A stretch of DNA of 64,000 nt from contig JAKQNG010000296.1 of assembly GCA_029565915.1 (NCBI GenBank), positions 38 to 64,037 on the forward strand, in the 5' to 3' direction. The notes below the pieces were generated by a model. The model did no database searches, was not told the origin of the DNA, and saw only the letters and a list, made by a program, of their open reading frames with translations. The translations under genes were made by a program, and so were the position numbers. Within the stretch, counting starts at the first letter, position 1. Each line of letters opens with the position of its first letter. Positions 1 to 9,599 of this stretch are shown here, in pieces. This DNA is from Deltaproteobacteria bacterium (lineage in GTDB: Bacteria; Myxococcota_A; Polyangia; JAAYKL01).

Positions 1-114
1 CCTTTCTTTTCTCGGCTACCTGTTTGAAGTAGACCCCAGGGGAGAACAATCGCTCGATCAAGCTCTGGCCGCCGCCTGAAACCGGACTTTTTCAGGGACG
101 ACTATCCAGTCTGC

Positions 115-1263
115 ATGCCGATCTTTCCACGCACCCTCAATCCCCTGACCACCGGTGTTTCGGCCTTCCTCTTCGGCCCCCGGATGACCGGAAAGACCAC
201 CCTGCTCCGGGGCATTCCGGCAGATGCCTGGTTCGATCTCCTCGATCCCGCACTGGAACTGCAATACCGGGCCAATCCCGGCCTGTTCTGGGAGCAGCTG
301 TCCGCCATCCGGGAAGAGGCGGTAATCGTCGTTGACGAAGTGCAGCGAGCGCCGGAGCTGCTGAATGTGGTGCAGATGGGCATCGATCGGCGCCGGCAGG
401 TGTTTCTGTTGTCCGGATCGAGTGCGCGGAAGCTCCGTCGCGGCGGTGCGAACCTCCTCGGCGGACGGGCGCTGGATCTGCGACTTCATCCCCTGTGCGC
501 GGACGAACTCGGAAAAGACTTTCGAATGGACCGGGCACTGTCGTTCGGCACCCTGCCCCAGATTGCCACACTCGTCACAGAAAAGCGGGAGGATGTGGCC
601 CGGCAGCTCCTCGCGAGTTACGTCACCACCTATCTGCGCGAAGAAATTCAGGCCGAAGCCCTGACGCGGAATGTGGGGGCGTTCGCCCGCTTCCTGCAGA
701 TCGCGGCGCAGCATCACGGCCAGGTCATCGAGTTCGCGTCCATTTCCAGGGACTGTGCCGTGCCGGCGAGCACCGTGAAAGAGTACTTCCAGATTCTGGA
801 AGATACGCTCATCGGCTTTCTGCTGTGGCCCTTCGACCGCAGTGAGCGGAAAAAGAGCCGACCCAGGTTCTACCTGTTCGACTGCGGCGTTATCCGTGCG
901 CTGCAGCAGAGACTCGAAGACCCGCCGACACCTGCCGAGACGGGATTCCTCTTTGAAAACTGGGTGGTGAACGAACTGCGACGGATTCGCGACTATGAAA
1001 GAAAGCCCCACGAGTTCGCCTTCTGGCGGGAAAGGGATCGGGTAGTGGATCTGCTGGTGACGAAAGGCAACCGGGTCATTCACGCATTCAAATGCAAGAG
1101 TGGACGCACGGACCTGCGCCCGGGTGTCGCTGGTCGTTTTCGGGAGATCTTCCCCGGGGTTCCCCTGGCGGTCATTTCCATGAGCGACGCGCGTCCCCGG
1201 ATGGCCGACGGCGTGGAGATCCTGCCGGTGAAAGAGGCCCTGCAGCGCTATCGCGCGCTGTAG
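115..1263 (+). CDS. AAA_14/DUF4143 family ATPase
   Basis: Walker A GPRMTGKT, Walker B VVDEVQ, LSGSS and LLGGRA motifs, YLFDCG, FENWV; C-terminal restriction-like motif reads VDLLV..FKCK. Confidence 0.9.
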   Translation: MPIFPRTLNPLTTGVSAFLFGPRMTGKTTLLRGIPADAWFDLLDPALELQYRANPGLFWEQLSAIREEAVIVVDEVQRAPELLNVVQMGIDRRRQVFLLSGSSARKLRRGGANLLGGRALDLRLHPLCADELGKDFRMDRALSFGTLPQIATLVTEKREDVARQLLASYVTTYLREEIQAEALTRNVGAFARFLQIAAQHHGQVIEFASISRDCAVPASTVKEYFQILEDTLIGFLLWPFDRSERKKSRPRFYLFDCGVIRALQQRLEDPPTPAETGFLFENWVVNELRRIRDYERKPHEFAFWRERDRVVDLLVTKGNRVIHAFKCKSGRTDLRPGVAGRFREIFPGVPLAVISMSDARPRMADGVEILPVKEALQRYRAL

Positions 1264-1308
1264 GATTGCTCCTCCGTACCACTCTGGTCCCGTTTGAAAG
1301 GGTTTGTT

Positions 1309-1722
1309 ATGAAGGCAGAAAATTCATACCGGGCATGGAAAAGGACGATGCGGATTGTCTGCCGGGTCTTGCTGATTGTCCACGCATGGTATTCCTTCAT
1401 CTATGTTGCAGGGATCGTGATGAGCGCATTCCGTATGGTCGGGGAACTCGTCGATCCCATTGGTACAATCGTGTTCTCGGTCATTTTTCCTTTTTCCCTT
1501 CTTTGTTCAATTTGTTGTTTCAATGTGCTGCGGGAGAGTCGACATGCGCGCATTTATGGGAAAATTGTCGCAATCATTCAATTGCCCTTGTTTCCATTGG
1601 GAACACTGTTGGGGGCACTATTGCTCATTTGCCTTGTAAAACTCGCCGGTTTTCCAGCCGAAGCATATTCTGAACAACACGCGGATAGCAGCCGAACGCC
1701 AGACCATCATGTGGGGATGTGA
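1309..1722 (+). CDS. small hypothetical membrane protein (3-4 TM), AT-richer than flanks
   Basis: Hydrophobic ORF with FPLGTLLG motif; ATG at 1309 (ORF track uses TTG 1294). Confidence 0.6.
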   Translation: MKAENSYRAWKRTMRIVCRVLLIVHAWYSFIYVAGIVMSAFRMVGELVDPIGTIVFSVIFPFSLLCSICCFNVLRESRHARIYGKIVAIIQLPLFPLGTLLGALLLICLVKLAGFPAEAYSEQHADSSRTPDHHVGM

Positions 1723-1784
1723 CATCATGGGCCATCTGGAACATGCTCATCAGAATAATTCGCCCTGGCAGTGAGGAGATACAA

Positions 1785-1950
1785 ATGCCCCAATTATCTG
1801 CATTTACTCACCCCGGTCGGGCACCCCGGTCGGGAATATGAAATCATTGGGGAATTCGAAAATGGGGGCGGCGGATCACTTCACGGGGAATGGGTCCTGC
1901 TCGATGACGGCGTAGAATTCGTTCACGGCAAGTCCGGCGCCGCCGGATGA
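1785..1950 (+). pseudogene. 50-aa ORF frameshifted by a 13-bp tandem duplication
   Basis: GAGGAG RBS before ATG 1785; CACCCCGGTCGGG occurs twice (1809-1821, 1822-1834); removing one copy gives an open frame to TGA 1948-1950. Confidence 0.4.
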
Positions 1951-2009
1951 CCGGGGTGGTCCAGTTGGTGCCCACGAAGCGCACGAATGCCTTTCCGCGG
2001 AAGGTTATC

Positions 2010-2432
2010 TCATCCTCCGGAATCGAAAAGATCCAGCGGTTCAGTGAAAACCTGCGACAGGGGCAGTGCGATGATCTTTTCGCCCATGGCGAAGCGCTCG
2101 CGGCCGGGGTAGACCACGCGGAGGGATTCGAGGTTCAGATCCGCAAGAGCCGAGTGCATCGACCAGGTTGTCTTCGGCGCCAGGGTCATCTTGATCTCGA
2201 AGCCATACCGCCGGTTGCCCCGTACGATCAGAAAATCGAGCTCCGCACCGGTGTGGGTGCGCCAGAAGAAACACTCTTCGGGCGTTGCGCGGTATCGCGT
2301 CGCAAGGGTCGAAATCACCATCCCTTCAAAAGACGCGCCGGCTTTCGGGTGGCCATCCAGGTCGTCTTGCGTGGCAATGCCGAGGAGCGCGTGCAGGATT
2401 CCGGAGTCGGCGAGGTATACTCTGGGTGATTT
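2010..2432 (-). pseudogene. C-terminal fragment of AAA_14/DUF4143 ATPase
   Basis: KSPRVYLADSG, FEGMV, FFWRTHTGAELDF, FEIK motifs present; no Walker A/B region upstream. Confidence 0.8.
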
Positions 2433-2494
2433 CTGAGATGCGGACAATGTGATAGAATCCGGACATACAGAATTTTTTGTCGAAGGAGAAAGCC

Positions 2495-3712
2495 ATGAAA
2501 CGCGCATTGATGATTGTCGCCGCCCTGTCCCTTCTTCCGGGATGCCCCGGCAATGAAGAACAGGACAACCGGCTGGGAGAAGACGGATATCCCTGTGGGG
2601 AGGTGACCTGGGAGAGTGTGTCCTGGGATCATGTCCTGGAGGACGGCAGCACCCCGGCGGAACTGCTGGGGACCGTGGAAGGGGAGTGTTCCGCCCCCAT
2701 GACCTGGGACGCTTTCAACAGCGACTGCGACATCGTCCCCGCCACCGGGGAGACCTCGATGGCGGTGACTGTTACGCTGGATCACACGCAGGTGCGCCTG
2801 GGACACTACGAAAACCCGGACACCGAAAGAATGGCGGATGAGGAGGTCGAGTGTGCCGCATTCCTTCTGGAGGTTCCGGCCCGGATTCACCTGGAAACCG
2901 CGGACGGCATGTTTGTGGAAACCACCGACACCCTGCTGATGGGCTATGCCGGGGCCACCGGTTCCCCTGTCCTGTCGTTCGAAAAGGAGCTGGGCGAACA
3001 GGGAGGTGCCCTGCAGATCGACCCCGATGACGCCACCTCGGTGCTCCTGCGCTACCGGCTGGGCGGTGCCACGGCGGCGTGCGCCGGGAATGTGGAGCTT
3101 ACGACCAGCCATAGTGAAGGAGATGGAATTTCTTCCACAGGCAGCGGCGAACTGGGCAGCTGGTCGGCCACCTCCTGCCCCCTGGGAGAGACCGAAGTGG
3201 ACGTGACCGCCATCCTTCCGGACGGCACCACCGTGGTCGAGCGGGTGGCCGAATACTGGGACGCGGCCGTTTACACGGGCACCTGGACGAACGGGGGCGA
3301 AGCGGACCTGCTGCTCCACGTGGCGGCGGCCGCAGACACCGCGTGCCGGATGGACGGCGGCTACGGCGCCAGTCTGCCAGCCACCATCACTTACAGCACC
3401 AGCGACGGCGTCATCGCAGAAACGGTGGTGGCCGGCGAGCTGAGTGTGACCTTTGACGAAGCGGGCAATGTACGGGGGATGTCTGTCGATCTCAACGATG
3501 AGCTGGTCTGCACTTCGGCAGAGGACACCATTCCCTACGGGGACTGCGCCACGCTCACGGCGGCGACCATCCAGCTGAGAGTCCACGAGACCCCGGAAGG
3601 GACCAGCTTCACCGACGAGGGACTCTGGATCTACGAGTACCACACCGGCAGCACGTCCACCGATCGGGAACCCGATGCCGTTGTGGGGCTGGAATTCCCC
3701 ATCGGCGGGTAA
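2495..3712 (+). CDS. acidic lipoprotein of unknown function
   Basis: AAGGAG RBS, MKRALMIVAALSLLPGC lipobox, acidic Thr/Gly-rich body. Confidence 0.8.
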   Translation: MKRALMIVAALSLLPGCPGNEEQDNRLGEDGYPCGEVTWESVSWDHVLEDGSTPAELLGTVEGECSAPMTWDAFNSDCDIVPATGETSMAVTVTLDHTQVRLGHYENPDTERMADEEVECAAFLLEVPARIHLETADGMFVETTDTLLMGYAGATGSPVLSFEKELGEQGGALQIDPDDATSVLLRYRLGGATAACAGNVELTTSHSEGDGISSTGSGELGSWSATSCPLGETEVDVTAILPDGTTVVERVAEYWDAAVYTGTWTNGGEADLLLHVAAAADTACRMDGGYGASLPATITYSTSDGVIAETVVAGELSVTFDEAGNVRGMSVDLNDELVCTSAEDTIPYGDCATLTAATIQLRVHETPEGTSFTDEGLWIYEYHTGSTSTDREPDAVVGLEFPIGG

Positions 3713-3748
3713 CCGCCTCTCTGGCGCTGAACGAAGGAACTGTGACAC

Positions 3749-4618
3749 TCAGCAGTTTATCTGTTCAAAGAGGGCGCGGAATGCCTCCTGCAACGGCGGC
3801 GCGGTCAACGGATGGTCAAGGGGCGTGAGACGCCGCATTGATGCGGCGGGGATGTCCCGGCAGAACGGAATGCGCCCGAGGAAGGGAATGTGCCGTTCTT
3901 CACAGAGTCGTTCCACCGCCGGCGGGTGTTCCCATCCGGGCATGGAGCGGTTCAGCAGCACCACCGCGGGAATGCCGCGGAGGTCGCACAGGTCGAGGAG
4001 CCGCTGCAGGTCGCTGAACCCCGACACGGTGGGTTCCGTCACCGCCAGCACCTGATCCGTCAAGGAGAGGCAGGCCTGCACGGGACAGCCGATGCCCGGC
4101 GGACCATCCACCACCACGAACGGCGCTCCCCGTTCAGCGGCGATCTGCCGGGCCCGGTCCACGACGGCCGTGACCATCCGCCCGGAGTTGTCCTGCGCGG
4201 GCAGCAGCTCGCCCTCCACCAGGATGCCGCTGTCGCATTCCCGCACCCGAAGGACGCCGGTCTGTCGGGGCATCGTGTCAATGGCGCCGGGGGCGCAGAC
4301 GATGAGGCATGCGCGACAGCCCTCGCAGCGCATCGGATCCACCCGGGCGGTTTCCGCGGTTATCCGCACCGCATCGAACCGGCATACCCGCGCGCATTCG
4401 CCGCAGCCGTTGCACAGGGCGTCGTCCACAGCGGCGTACTGCCCGGCGTTGAGGGCCTCCTCGGATACCGTCCGGCCGGAGAGGAACAACCCGAGATTCG
4501 CGGCTTCCACATCGGCGTCCACAGCCACCGCGTCGTTCTTCAGGAAACGGACAAGAGATGCGGCGATGAGCGTCTTGCCGGTGCCGCCCTTGCCGCTCAG
4601 CACGGCGATCTGTTTCAC
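3749..4618 (-). CDS. MinD-superfamily P-loop ATPase with inserted 2x[4Fe-4S] ferredoxin (COG1149-like)
   Basis: SGKGGTGKT, DADVEA, CNGCGECARVC and CEGCRACLIVC, DGPPGIGCP, TEPT; GTGA overlap with upstream stop. Confidence 0.9.
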   Translation of the reverse strand: MKQIAVLSGKGGTGKTLIAASLVRFLKNDAVAVDADVEAANLGLFLSGRTVSEEALNAGQYAAVDDALCNGCGECARVCRFDAVRITAETARVDPMRCEGCRACLIVCAPGAIDTMPRQTGVLRVRECDSGILVEGELLPAQDNSGRMVTAVVDRARQIAAERGAPFVVVDGPPGIGCPVQACLSLTDQVLAVTEPTVSGFSDLQRLLDLCDLRGIPAVVLLNRSMPGWEHPPAVERLCEERHIPFLGRIPFCRDIPAASMRRLTPLDHPLTAPPLQEAFRALFEQINC

Positions 4619-5475
4619 GGCGGACCTCCTTGCGCCAGCAACTCCCGGGCGATGGAGCGCGCCGTTTCGAGGAGTGCCGGACATTCCCCGGGGACGAGGG
4701 TTCCTTCCGCGCCGGCCCGGGCGATGGCCGCAGAAAAGGGAATGCGACCGACGATCCGCAGCCGGTGCGCTTTCGCGAAGCCATCCACATCCGCATCGCA
4801 CAGGTCGCACCGGTTGATCACGACAAGGGGTGTGCGTCCCAGTGCCGCGCACAGGTTGACGGCTGCGGCCAGATCGTGGAGCCCGGACGGCGTGGGCTCG
4901 GTGATCAGGATGACCCGCTCGACCGCCTCCACCACCGCGGCCACCGGACAACCGGTTCCCGGCGGCGCATCCACGACGAGGAGCGCATCCGGTGACTGTC
5001 GCACGACCGTGGCCAGCAGGTCTTCAATCAGCGGCTTCGCCCGGGCTTCGCCCACGTCCAGTCGACCGGCAAAAAATCGCAGCTCCTGCGCCGTGCCTTC
5101 TTCGATGACGCCGATCCGACGGCGGTGTTCGACGAGGGCGTGTTCGCTGCAGACCAGCAGGCAGGCGCCGCAGCCGTGGCAGAGACGATCAAAGACGTGC
5201 ACGGTCTGATCGAAGACGGTGATGGCGGAAAAGGCGCAGATGGACTGGCAGTTGCCGCAGCCCGAGCAGGACACCCCCACCGGGGCGGGGATGGACACGT
5301 GGGACGATGTGAGCTCATCGATCCGGGGGTGGAGGAACAGGTCGCCGTCCGGTGCTTCCACGTCCGCATCGACATAGGCCACCGTGTGCCCTTCGTCGGC
5401 GAACACGCCGGCCAGGGTGGTGGCGAGCAGCGTTTTTCCGGCACCACCCTTGCCGCTGGCGACGGCTACTTTCAT
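4615..5475 (-). CDS. MinD-superfamily P-loop ATPase with inserted ferredoxin (COG1149-like), paralog
   Basis: SGKGGAGKT, CSGCGNCQSIC, CHGCGACLLVC, DAPPGTGCP, TEPTPSGLHDL; ATGA overlap. Confidence 0.9.
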   Translation of the reverse strand: MKVAVASGKGGAGKTLLATTLAGVFADEGHTVAYVDADVEAPDGDLFLHPRIDELTSSHVSIPAPVGVSCSGCGNCQSICAFSAITVFDQTVHVFDRLCHGCGACLLVCSEHALVEHRRRIGVIEEGTAQELRFFAGRLDVGEARAKPLIEDLLATVVRQSPDALLVVDAPPGTGCPVAAVVEAVERVILITEPTPSGLHDLAAAVNLCAALGRTPLVVINRCDLCDADVDGFAKAHRLRIVGRIPFSAAIARAGAEGTLVPGECPALLETARSIARELLAQGGPP

Positions 5476-6233
5476 CGGGGAATTTTCAGGGTGACCCGCC
5501 GCAGCCCGCCGGAACGGTATTCTTCGAGGGCCTTTGCCGCGGTGAGCCCCGGCGGCGCAGACCACATGGCGATGTGCATGCCTTCAAGGGCCATGGACGC
5601 GTCCGGTCCGAAGCGCCCCGAGATCACTGCACGCACGCCCTGCCGGTGCAGGAGGGATGCGGCGCCGGTACCCGCTCCATGGGCGGCCAGGGCGGCCTCG
5701 TTCTTCAGAGTCCGCACGCCATTGCTGTCCACAATCAGAAAGGCGGGGGCCCGGCCGAATCGCTCGTCCATGGCCGCCCCCAGTCCCTTGTCGTCACAGA
5801 CCGCCACAGCCACGGCGCCTTCTTCCAGTGCGAGCCCGGAGGCCTGATGGTGACCACCGCAGCTGTCCGCGTGGTCGTGGGCGCAGGGCACGATTCCCTG
5901 CAGGTGACCTTTCATCCATGCGTCCAGCGCATCGCCGACGCGGCCGGATGCGCCGGTGGCGACCTCAATGCCCGACTGGTTGAACATGGCCACCGCCCGG
6001 GGCCCCATCCCGCCGGCAATAATGACGTTGGCGCCGGTGGAAGCGATGAACGCGGGTACCGCACCCGGGGTATGGGCGGCGAAGTGGGGATTGTCGACCA
6101 CCTGATGAGAAACAATCCGATCCCCGTCTGCTTCGACGAGAACAAACGCGGGACAGCGGCCGAAGTGGGCGGATACAGCACCTTCGAGACCGCGTCGATC
6201 ATCTGCGGCAATGGCAATCCGTCGCACCGTCAT
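5472..6233 (-). CDS. tandem NifB/NifX-family cofactor-binding domain protein
   Basis: Two domains (HFGRCPAF..GGMGPRA; RFGRAPAF..GRFGP) joined by His/Cys linker CAHDHADSCGGHH. Confidence 0.88.
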   Translation of the reverse strand: MTVRRIAIAADDRRGLEGAVSAHFGRCPAFVLVEADGDRIVSHQVVDNPHFAAHTPGAVPAFIASTGANVIIAGGMGPRAVAMFNQSGIEVATGASGRVGDALDAWMKGHLQGIVPCAHDHADSCGGHHQASGLALEEGAVAVAVCDDKGLGAAMDERFGRAPAFLIVDSNGVRTLKNEAALAAHGAGTGAASLLHRQGVRAVISGRFGPDASMALEGMHIAMWSAPPGLTAAKALEEYRSGGLRRVTLKIPR

Positions 6234-6469
6234 CCGCGTCCACCCCGTCCTCTCCCGCCGCCGTTTCCGCCACCGCCGCCGTTTCCTCTCCCACCGCCGT
6301 TTCCGCGACCGCCGTGGCAGCGTCCCCGTCCGCCGCCCCGGGGCTGTCCACCCCTTCCGACGCCCATCCCCGCGCCATCACCGTTGTCGTCTGTCGGGTT
6401 GCAGCCGCCGAAGCCGCCTCCCGTGCGAGGGCCCTTTCCCTCCGGGCCGGTTCCATTTCTTCCGGGCAT
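6230..6469 (-). CDS. Gly/Arg-rich DUF5320-like protein
   Basis: MPGRNGTGPEGKGPRTGGGFGGC N-terminus, GGAGG RBS, RGG-rich tail. Confidence 0.8.
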   Translation of the reverse strand: MPGRNGTGPEGKGPRTGGGFGGCNPTDDNGDGAGMGVGRGGQPRGGGRGRCHGGRGNGGGRGNGGGGGNGGGRGRGGRG

Positions 6470-6472
6470 CTT

Positions 6473-6853
6473 CTACCTCCTCCGTTGAAGCCGGCCGCAT
6501 CGCCGCCGGTTCTGCATGCCGCGCCCGGGACAGCCGCCGATGGTAACGACGTCGCCGCCCTGCGCGATGGTTTCAATGGCTTCTTTCGCCCCGCTGATCG
6601 CACCCGCAATCACGCGGATGCCCATCTCCAGGGCCAGGGGTTCAAACCGTCTCGGGAACCCGCCGCAGATCAGCACGACCACGCCGTGCTGCCGCAGCAG
6701 CGCCAGTCGCTCCAGCAGGGTGGACTCCGGCGCCATGGCCACAATGGACCACTCCACCACCGCGCCGTCCCTGGCCTGTCCCACCAGCACCCGGTCGGCA
6801 AAACCGAACCGGGGAGCGACCTCCATCTCAAATAGCGGCGCGGCGATGTTCAC
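6473..6853 (-). CDS. NifB/NifX-family protein
   Basis: VAPRFGFA, VLICGGF motifs; AGGAGG RBS before GTG 6853. Confidence 0.8.
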   Translation of the reverse strand: MNIAAPLFEMEVAPRFGFADRVLVGQARDGAVVEWSIVAMAPESTLLERLALLRQHGVVVLICGGFPRRFEPLALEMGIRVIAGAISGAKEAIETIAQGGDVVTIGGCPGRGMQNRRRCGRLQRRR

Positions 6854-6878
6854 CGGAACCTCCTGTTCACCGGCATAA

Positions 6879-6895
6879 AGCAAGAACCCTGCCAA
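6879..6895 (-). promoter_or_regulatory. sigma-54 -24/-12 promoter
   Basis: Minus strand TTGGCAGGGTTCTTGCT = GG-N10-GC, close to consensus TGGCAC-N5-TTGCW, just upstream of the NifX operon. Confidence 0.8.
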
Positions 6896-6905
6896 TGTGC
6901 CGATG

Positions 6906-8237
6906 TCAGGCGAGGCCCAGGTCCTTCATGCGGCGCCAGAGGGTGGTGCGGCTGATGCCCAGGATCCGGGCGGCGCGGGAGCGGTTCCACAATACCTTGT
7001 CGAGCACGGCCCGCAGCTGTCCGGCCTCCGTCGTTTCGTCCGGCGTTTCCGCTGAACGGATGGCCGACACGGGGCGACCGGCCGCGGACAGCACCTCCGG
7101 CGGCAGGCAGGTCGTGTCAAAGGTCGCGCCCCGGCACAGGACCGCCGCCCGCTCCAGGATATTGCGCAGCTCCCGCACGTTGCCCGGATAGTCGTAGTCG
7201 TACAGCAGGCGCATGGTGCGGGAAGCGAAGGCCGGAACCGGTCGGCCGATGCGTGCGCAGATCCGCTTCATCAGGTGTTCCACCAGCAGAGGGATGTCCT
7301 CCCGTCGCTCCCGCAGGGGCGGGATGTCCATCGTCACCACGCGGATGCGGTAGTAGAGGTCTTCCCGGAATTCACCGTCCTGCACCATCTTTTCGAGGTT
7401 CCGGTTGGTGGCGCACACCAGGCGCACATCCGCCACGTGGAGTCGCGAATCCCCGAGGGGCTGGTATTCCCCTTCTTCCAGCACCCGCAGCAGCTTCACC
7501 TGGAACGCGGGGGAGATGTCGCCGATTTCATCGAGGAAGAGGGTGCCCCGGTCCGCCTGGGCGAATCGCCCCACCCGGCTCGCCACCGCGCCGGTGAACG
7601 CGCCCTTCGCGTGGCCGAACAGCTCCGACTCCAGCAGCGTGTCCGGCAGGGCGCCGCAGTTCACCCGGATGAACGGGCCGCTCCTGCGCAAGGACAGGTT
7701 GTGGATGGCGCCGGCCACCAGCTCCTTGCCGGTTCCGCTGGGCCCGCGCACGAGCACCGGGGCGTCGGACTGGGCCACCTGGGGAATGGTGGCGAAGATC
7801 TCCTGCATGGCCCCGCTCGCGCCGACCATGTCCTCAAAAATGTGGCGGTTGGACAGCTCGCTGCGCAGCAGCTCCACGTCGCTCACATCCCGGAATATCT
7901 CCACGCCGCCCACCATGCGCCCCTCCTTGTCCCGCAGGATGGCCGTGGACACTTCGATGGGCACCGCGTCCATGTCCGCATTGAGCACATCCACCCGCAC
8001 GTCCCGCAGGGGAATGCCCGTTTCCAGGGTGTGGCGCAGGGCGCACCGGTTCTGGCAGATATCCGCCCGGAAGACCTCGTGGCACCGCCGTCCCAGAGCG
8101 TCCTGTACCGGAATGCCGGTAATCCGCGCCGCCGCCGCGTTGAACGAGGTGATGCGGAAGTGCTCGTCCACCGTGAACACCCCGTCGTTGATGCTGTCGA
8201 AAATCAGTGGAAAAAGCTGCGTCGTATTCTCACCCAT
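6906..8237 (-). CDS. PAS-domain sigma-54-dependent activator (bEBP, Fis HTH)
   Basis: N-terminal PAS, GPSGTGKE, GAFTGA, LFLDEIG, FREDLYYR, YPGNVREL, C-terminal HTH AARILGISRTTLWRR. Confidence 0.95.
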   Translation of the reverse strand: MGENTTQLFPLIFDSINDGVFTVDEHFRITSFNAAAARITGIPVQDALGRRCHEVFRADICQNRCALRHTLETGIPLRDVRVDVLNADMDAVPIEVSTAILRDKEGRMVGGVEIFRDVSDVELLRSELSNRHIFEDMVGASGAMQEIFATIPQVAQSDAPVLVRGPSGTGKELVAGAIHNLSLRRSGPFIRVNCGALPDTLLESELFGHAKGAFTGAVASRVGRFAQADRGTLFLDEIGDISPAFQVKLLRVLEEGEYQPLGDSRLHVADVRLVCATNRNLEKMVQDGEFREDLYYRIRVVTMDIPPLRERREDIPLLVEHLMKRICARIGRPVPAFASRTMRLLYDYDYPGNVRELRNILERAAVLCRGATFDTTCLPPEVLSAAGRPVSAIRSAETPDETTEAGQLRAVLDKVLWNRSRAARILGISRTTLWRRMKDLGLA

Positions 8238-8271
8238 GGTTCACTGTTCCATCTGCCGCCCCTGAGCAGGT

Positions 8272-8286
8272 TGTTTAACTGAAACA
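8272..8286. promoter_or_regulatory. candidate bEBP upstream activator site
   Basis: Dyad TGTT-TAACTGA-AACA in AT-rich intergenic region, about 60-75 bp upstream of the sigma-54 site. Confidence 0.45.
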
Positions 8287-8346
8287 TACTGTAACACAAT
8301 TTGAAACGGTTTGTTCCAATCGATTCTGCTGCATCTTCCTGCGTGC

Positions 8347-8362
8347 GGGCATGGTATTTGCT
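8347..8362 (+). promoter_or_regulatory. sigma-54 -24/-12 promoter
   Basis: GGGCATGGTATTTGCT = GG-N10-GC with TTGCT, upstream of the VKOR-DsbA gene. Confidence 0.65.
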
Positions 8363-8379
8363 TTTTCGAAAAGTCAGCC

Positions 8380-9573
8380 ATGAATGATATCCACATGAAT
8401 TCCATATCCGTCCCTGTGCCGCGCCGCCGGATCGCCATCATGATTCTGCTGTGCGTCGCGGGCCTTGTCGTGTCCGGCGAGCTGCTCCTTGTCCACTACC
8501 GCACCCACACGGATCCCGCATTCCATTCCCTGTGCGCGGTCAACGACGCGGTGAACTGCGAAACCGTCGCCCTGTCTCCCTGGTCCGTCGCCCTGGGCAT
8601 TCCCGTGTGCATCTGGGGCCTCATCGGATACAGCACGCTGCTGGCGCTGCTCCTGTGGAGCATCCGTCAGCCGGAGGAACGGTCGATGCCCGCCGCAACG
8701 CTGGCCGTTACACTGGCCTTTCTGGCCGTGTCCGCCGCCCTCGCGTGGATATCGTTCACCATCATCGATTCCCTGTGCCTGCTGTGCATGACCACCTACG
8801 CCGTCAACCTGGCCATGACCGGCATTTCCGTCTCCCGGGTGGCGCTCAGGGACGACGGACTGTGGACGCTGGTGCGGCGCGATCTGGGCGTTGTGCGCAG
8901 CGGGCCGCTGTTCTGGACGATCCTGGCGGTGACGGCCGTTGCCGCGCTGGTGACCGTGCGCGTGTCCCTGCCCACCTGGTGGGATTCATCCGGGGATCAG
9001 GCCACCGGGCAGGCGGACGCCGTGCGCGAAGGAGAAACCGCCCATTTCGTCGGCGCGGCGGATGCGCTGCTCACGATTGTCGAATACAGCGACTACCAGT
9101 GCCCGTTCTGCCGGATCGCCCACCGCCGGGTGCGCAGGCTGCTGGAGTCCCATGGGGATCGGGTGAAGCTGATCCACCGCCAGTTTCCCCTGGACGACGC
9201 CTGCAATCCTCTGGTGAAGCGGCGCTTCCATCCCTTTGCGTGCCATTTCGCCCTGGCCGCGGAGTGCGCCGGGGAACAGGGCCGCTTCTGGCAGATGAAC
9301 GACGCCCTGTTTGGTGCCCACGACACGCACAAATCCGAAGACATCGACGTCTTTGCCATGGCCGCGGACATCGGCGTGGACGTGGAACGGTTCCGCACCT
9401 GCATGCAGGATCCGGCCACCCGGGCCCGGTTGCGGGAAGATATCGACAAGGGCCTCGCCCTGGGCCTGACCGGAACGCCGACATTTGTGGTGGACGATAA
9501 ACCGCTGCGCAAAGCCCTGTCTGCGGAGCTCATCGAATCGCTGCTTTCTGAACGAAGCCGAAAAGCGCCCTGA
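8380..9573 (+). CDS. VKOR domain fused to DsbA-like thioredoxin domain
   Basis: VKOR loop C..NCETVALSPWS and CLLC; DsbA EYSDYQCPFC, FPLD, GTPTF; start 8380 or 8395. Confidence 0.9.
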   Translation: MNDIHMNSISVPVPRRRIAIMILLCVAGLVVSGELLLVHYRTHTDPAFHSLCAVNDAVNCETVALSPWSVALGIPVCIWGLIGYSTLLALLLWSIRQPEERSMPAATLAVTLAFLAVSAALAWISFTIIDSLCLLCMTTYAVNLAMTGISVSRVALRDDGLWTLVRRDLGVVRSGPLFWTILAVTAVAALVTVRVSLPTWWDSSGDQATGQADAVREGETAHFVGAADALLTIVEYSDYQCPFCRIAHRRVRRLLESHGDRVKLIHRQFPLDDACNPLVKRRFHPFACHFALAAECAGEQGRFWQMNDALFGAHDTHKSEDIDVFAMAADIGVDVERFRTCMQDPATRARLREDIDKGLALGLTGTPTFVVDDKPLRKALSAELIESLLSERSRKAP

Positions 9574-9599
9574 AAAGGACTGGCCAGCGGGATCAGTCG

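Noticed and set aside
2-79. Open frame ending ...DQALAAA*, resembling a tmRNA tag
   Set aside because: No tmRNA structure or tRNA-like 3' end is visible; more likely the end of an upstream gene or chance
3749-6853. Nitrogen fixation cluster
   Set aside because: Only NifX-like domains; no nifHDK or nifEN in the window
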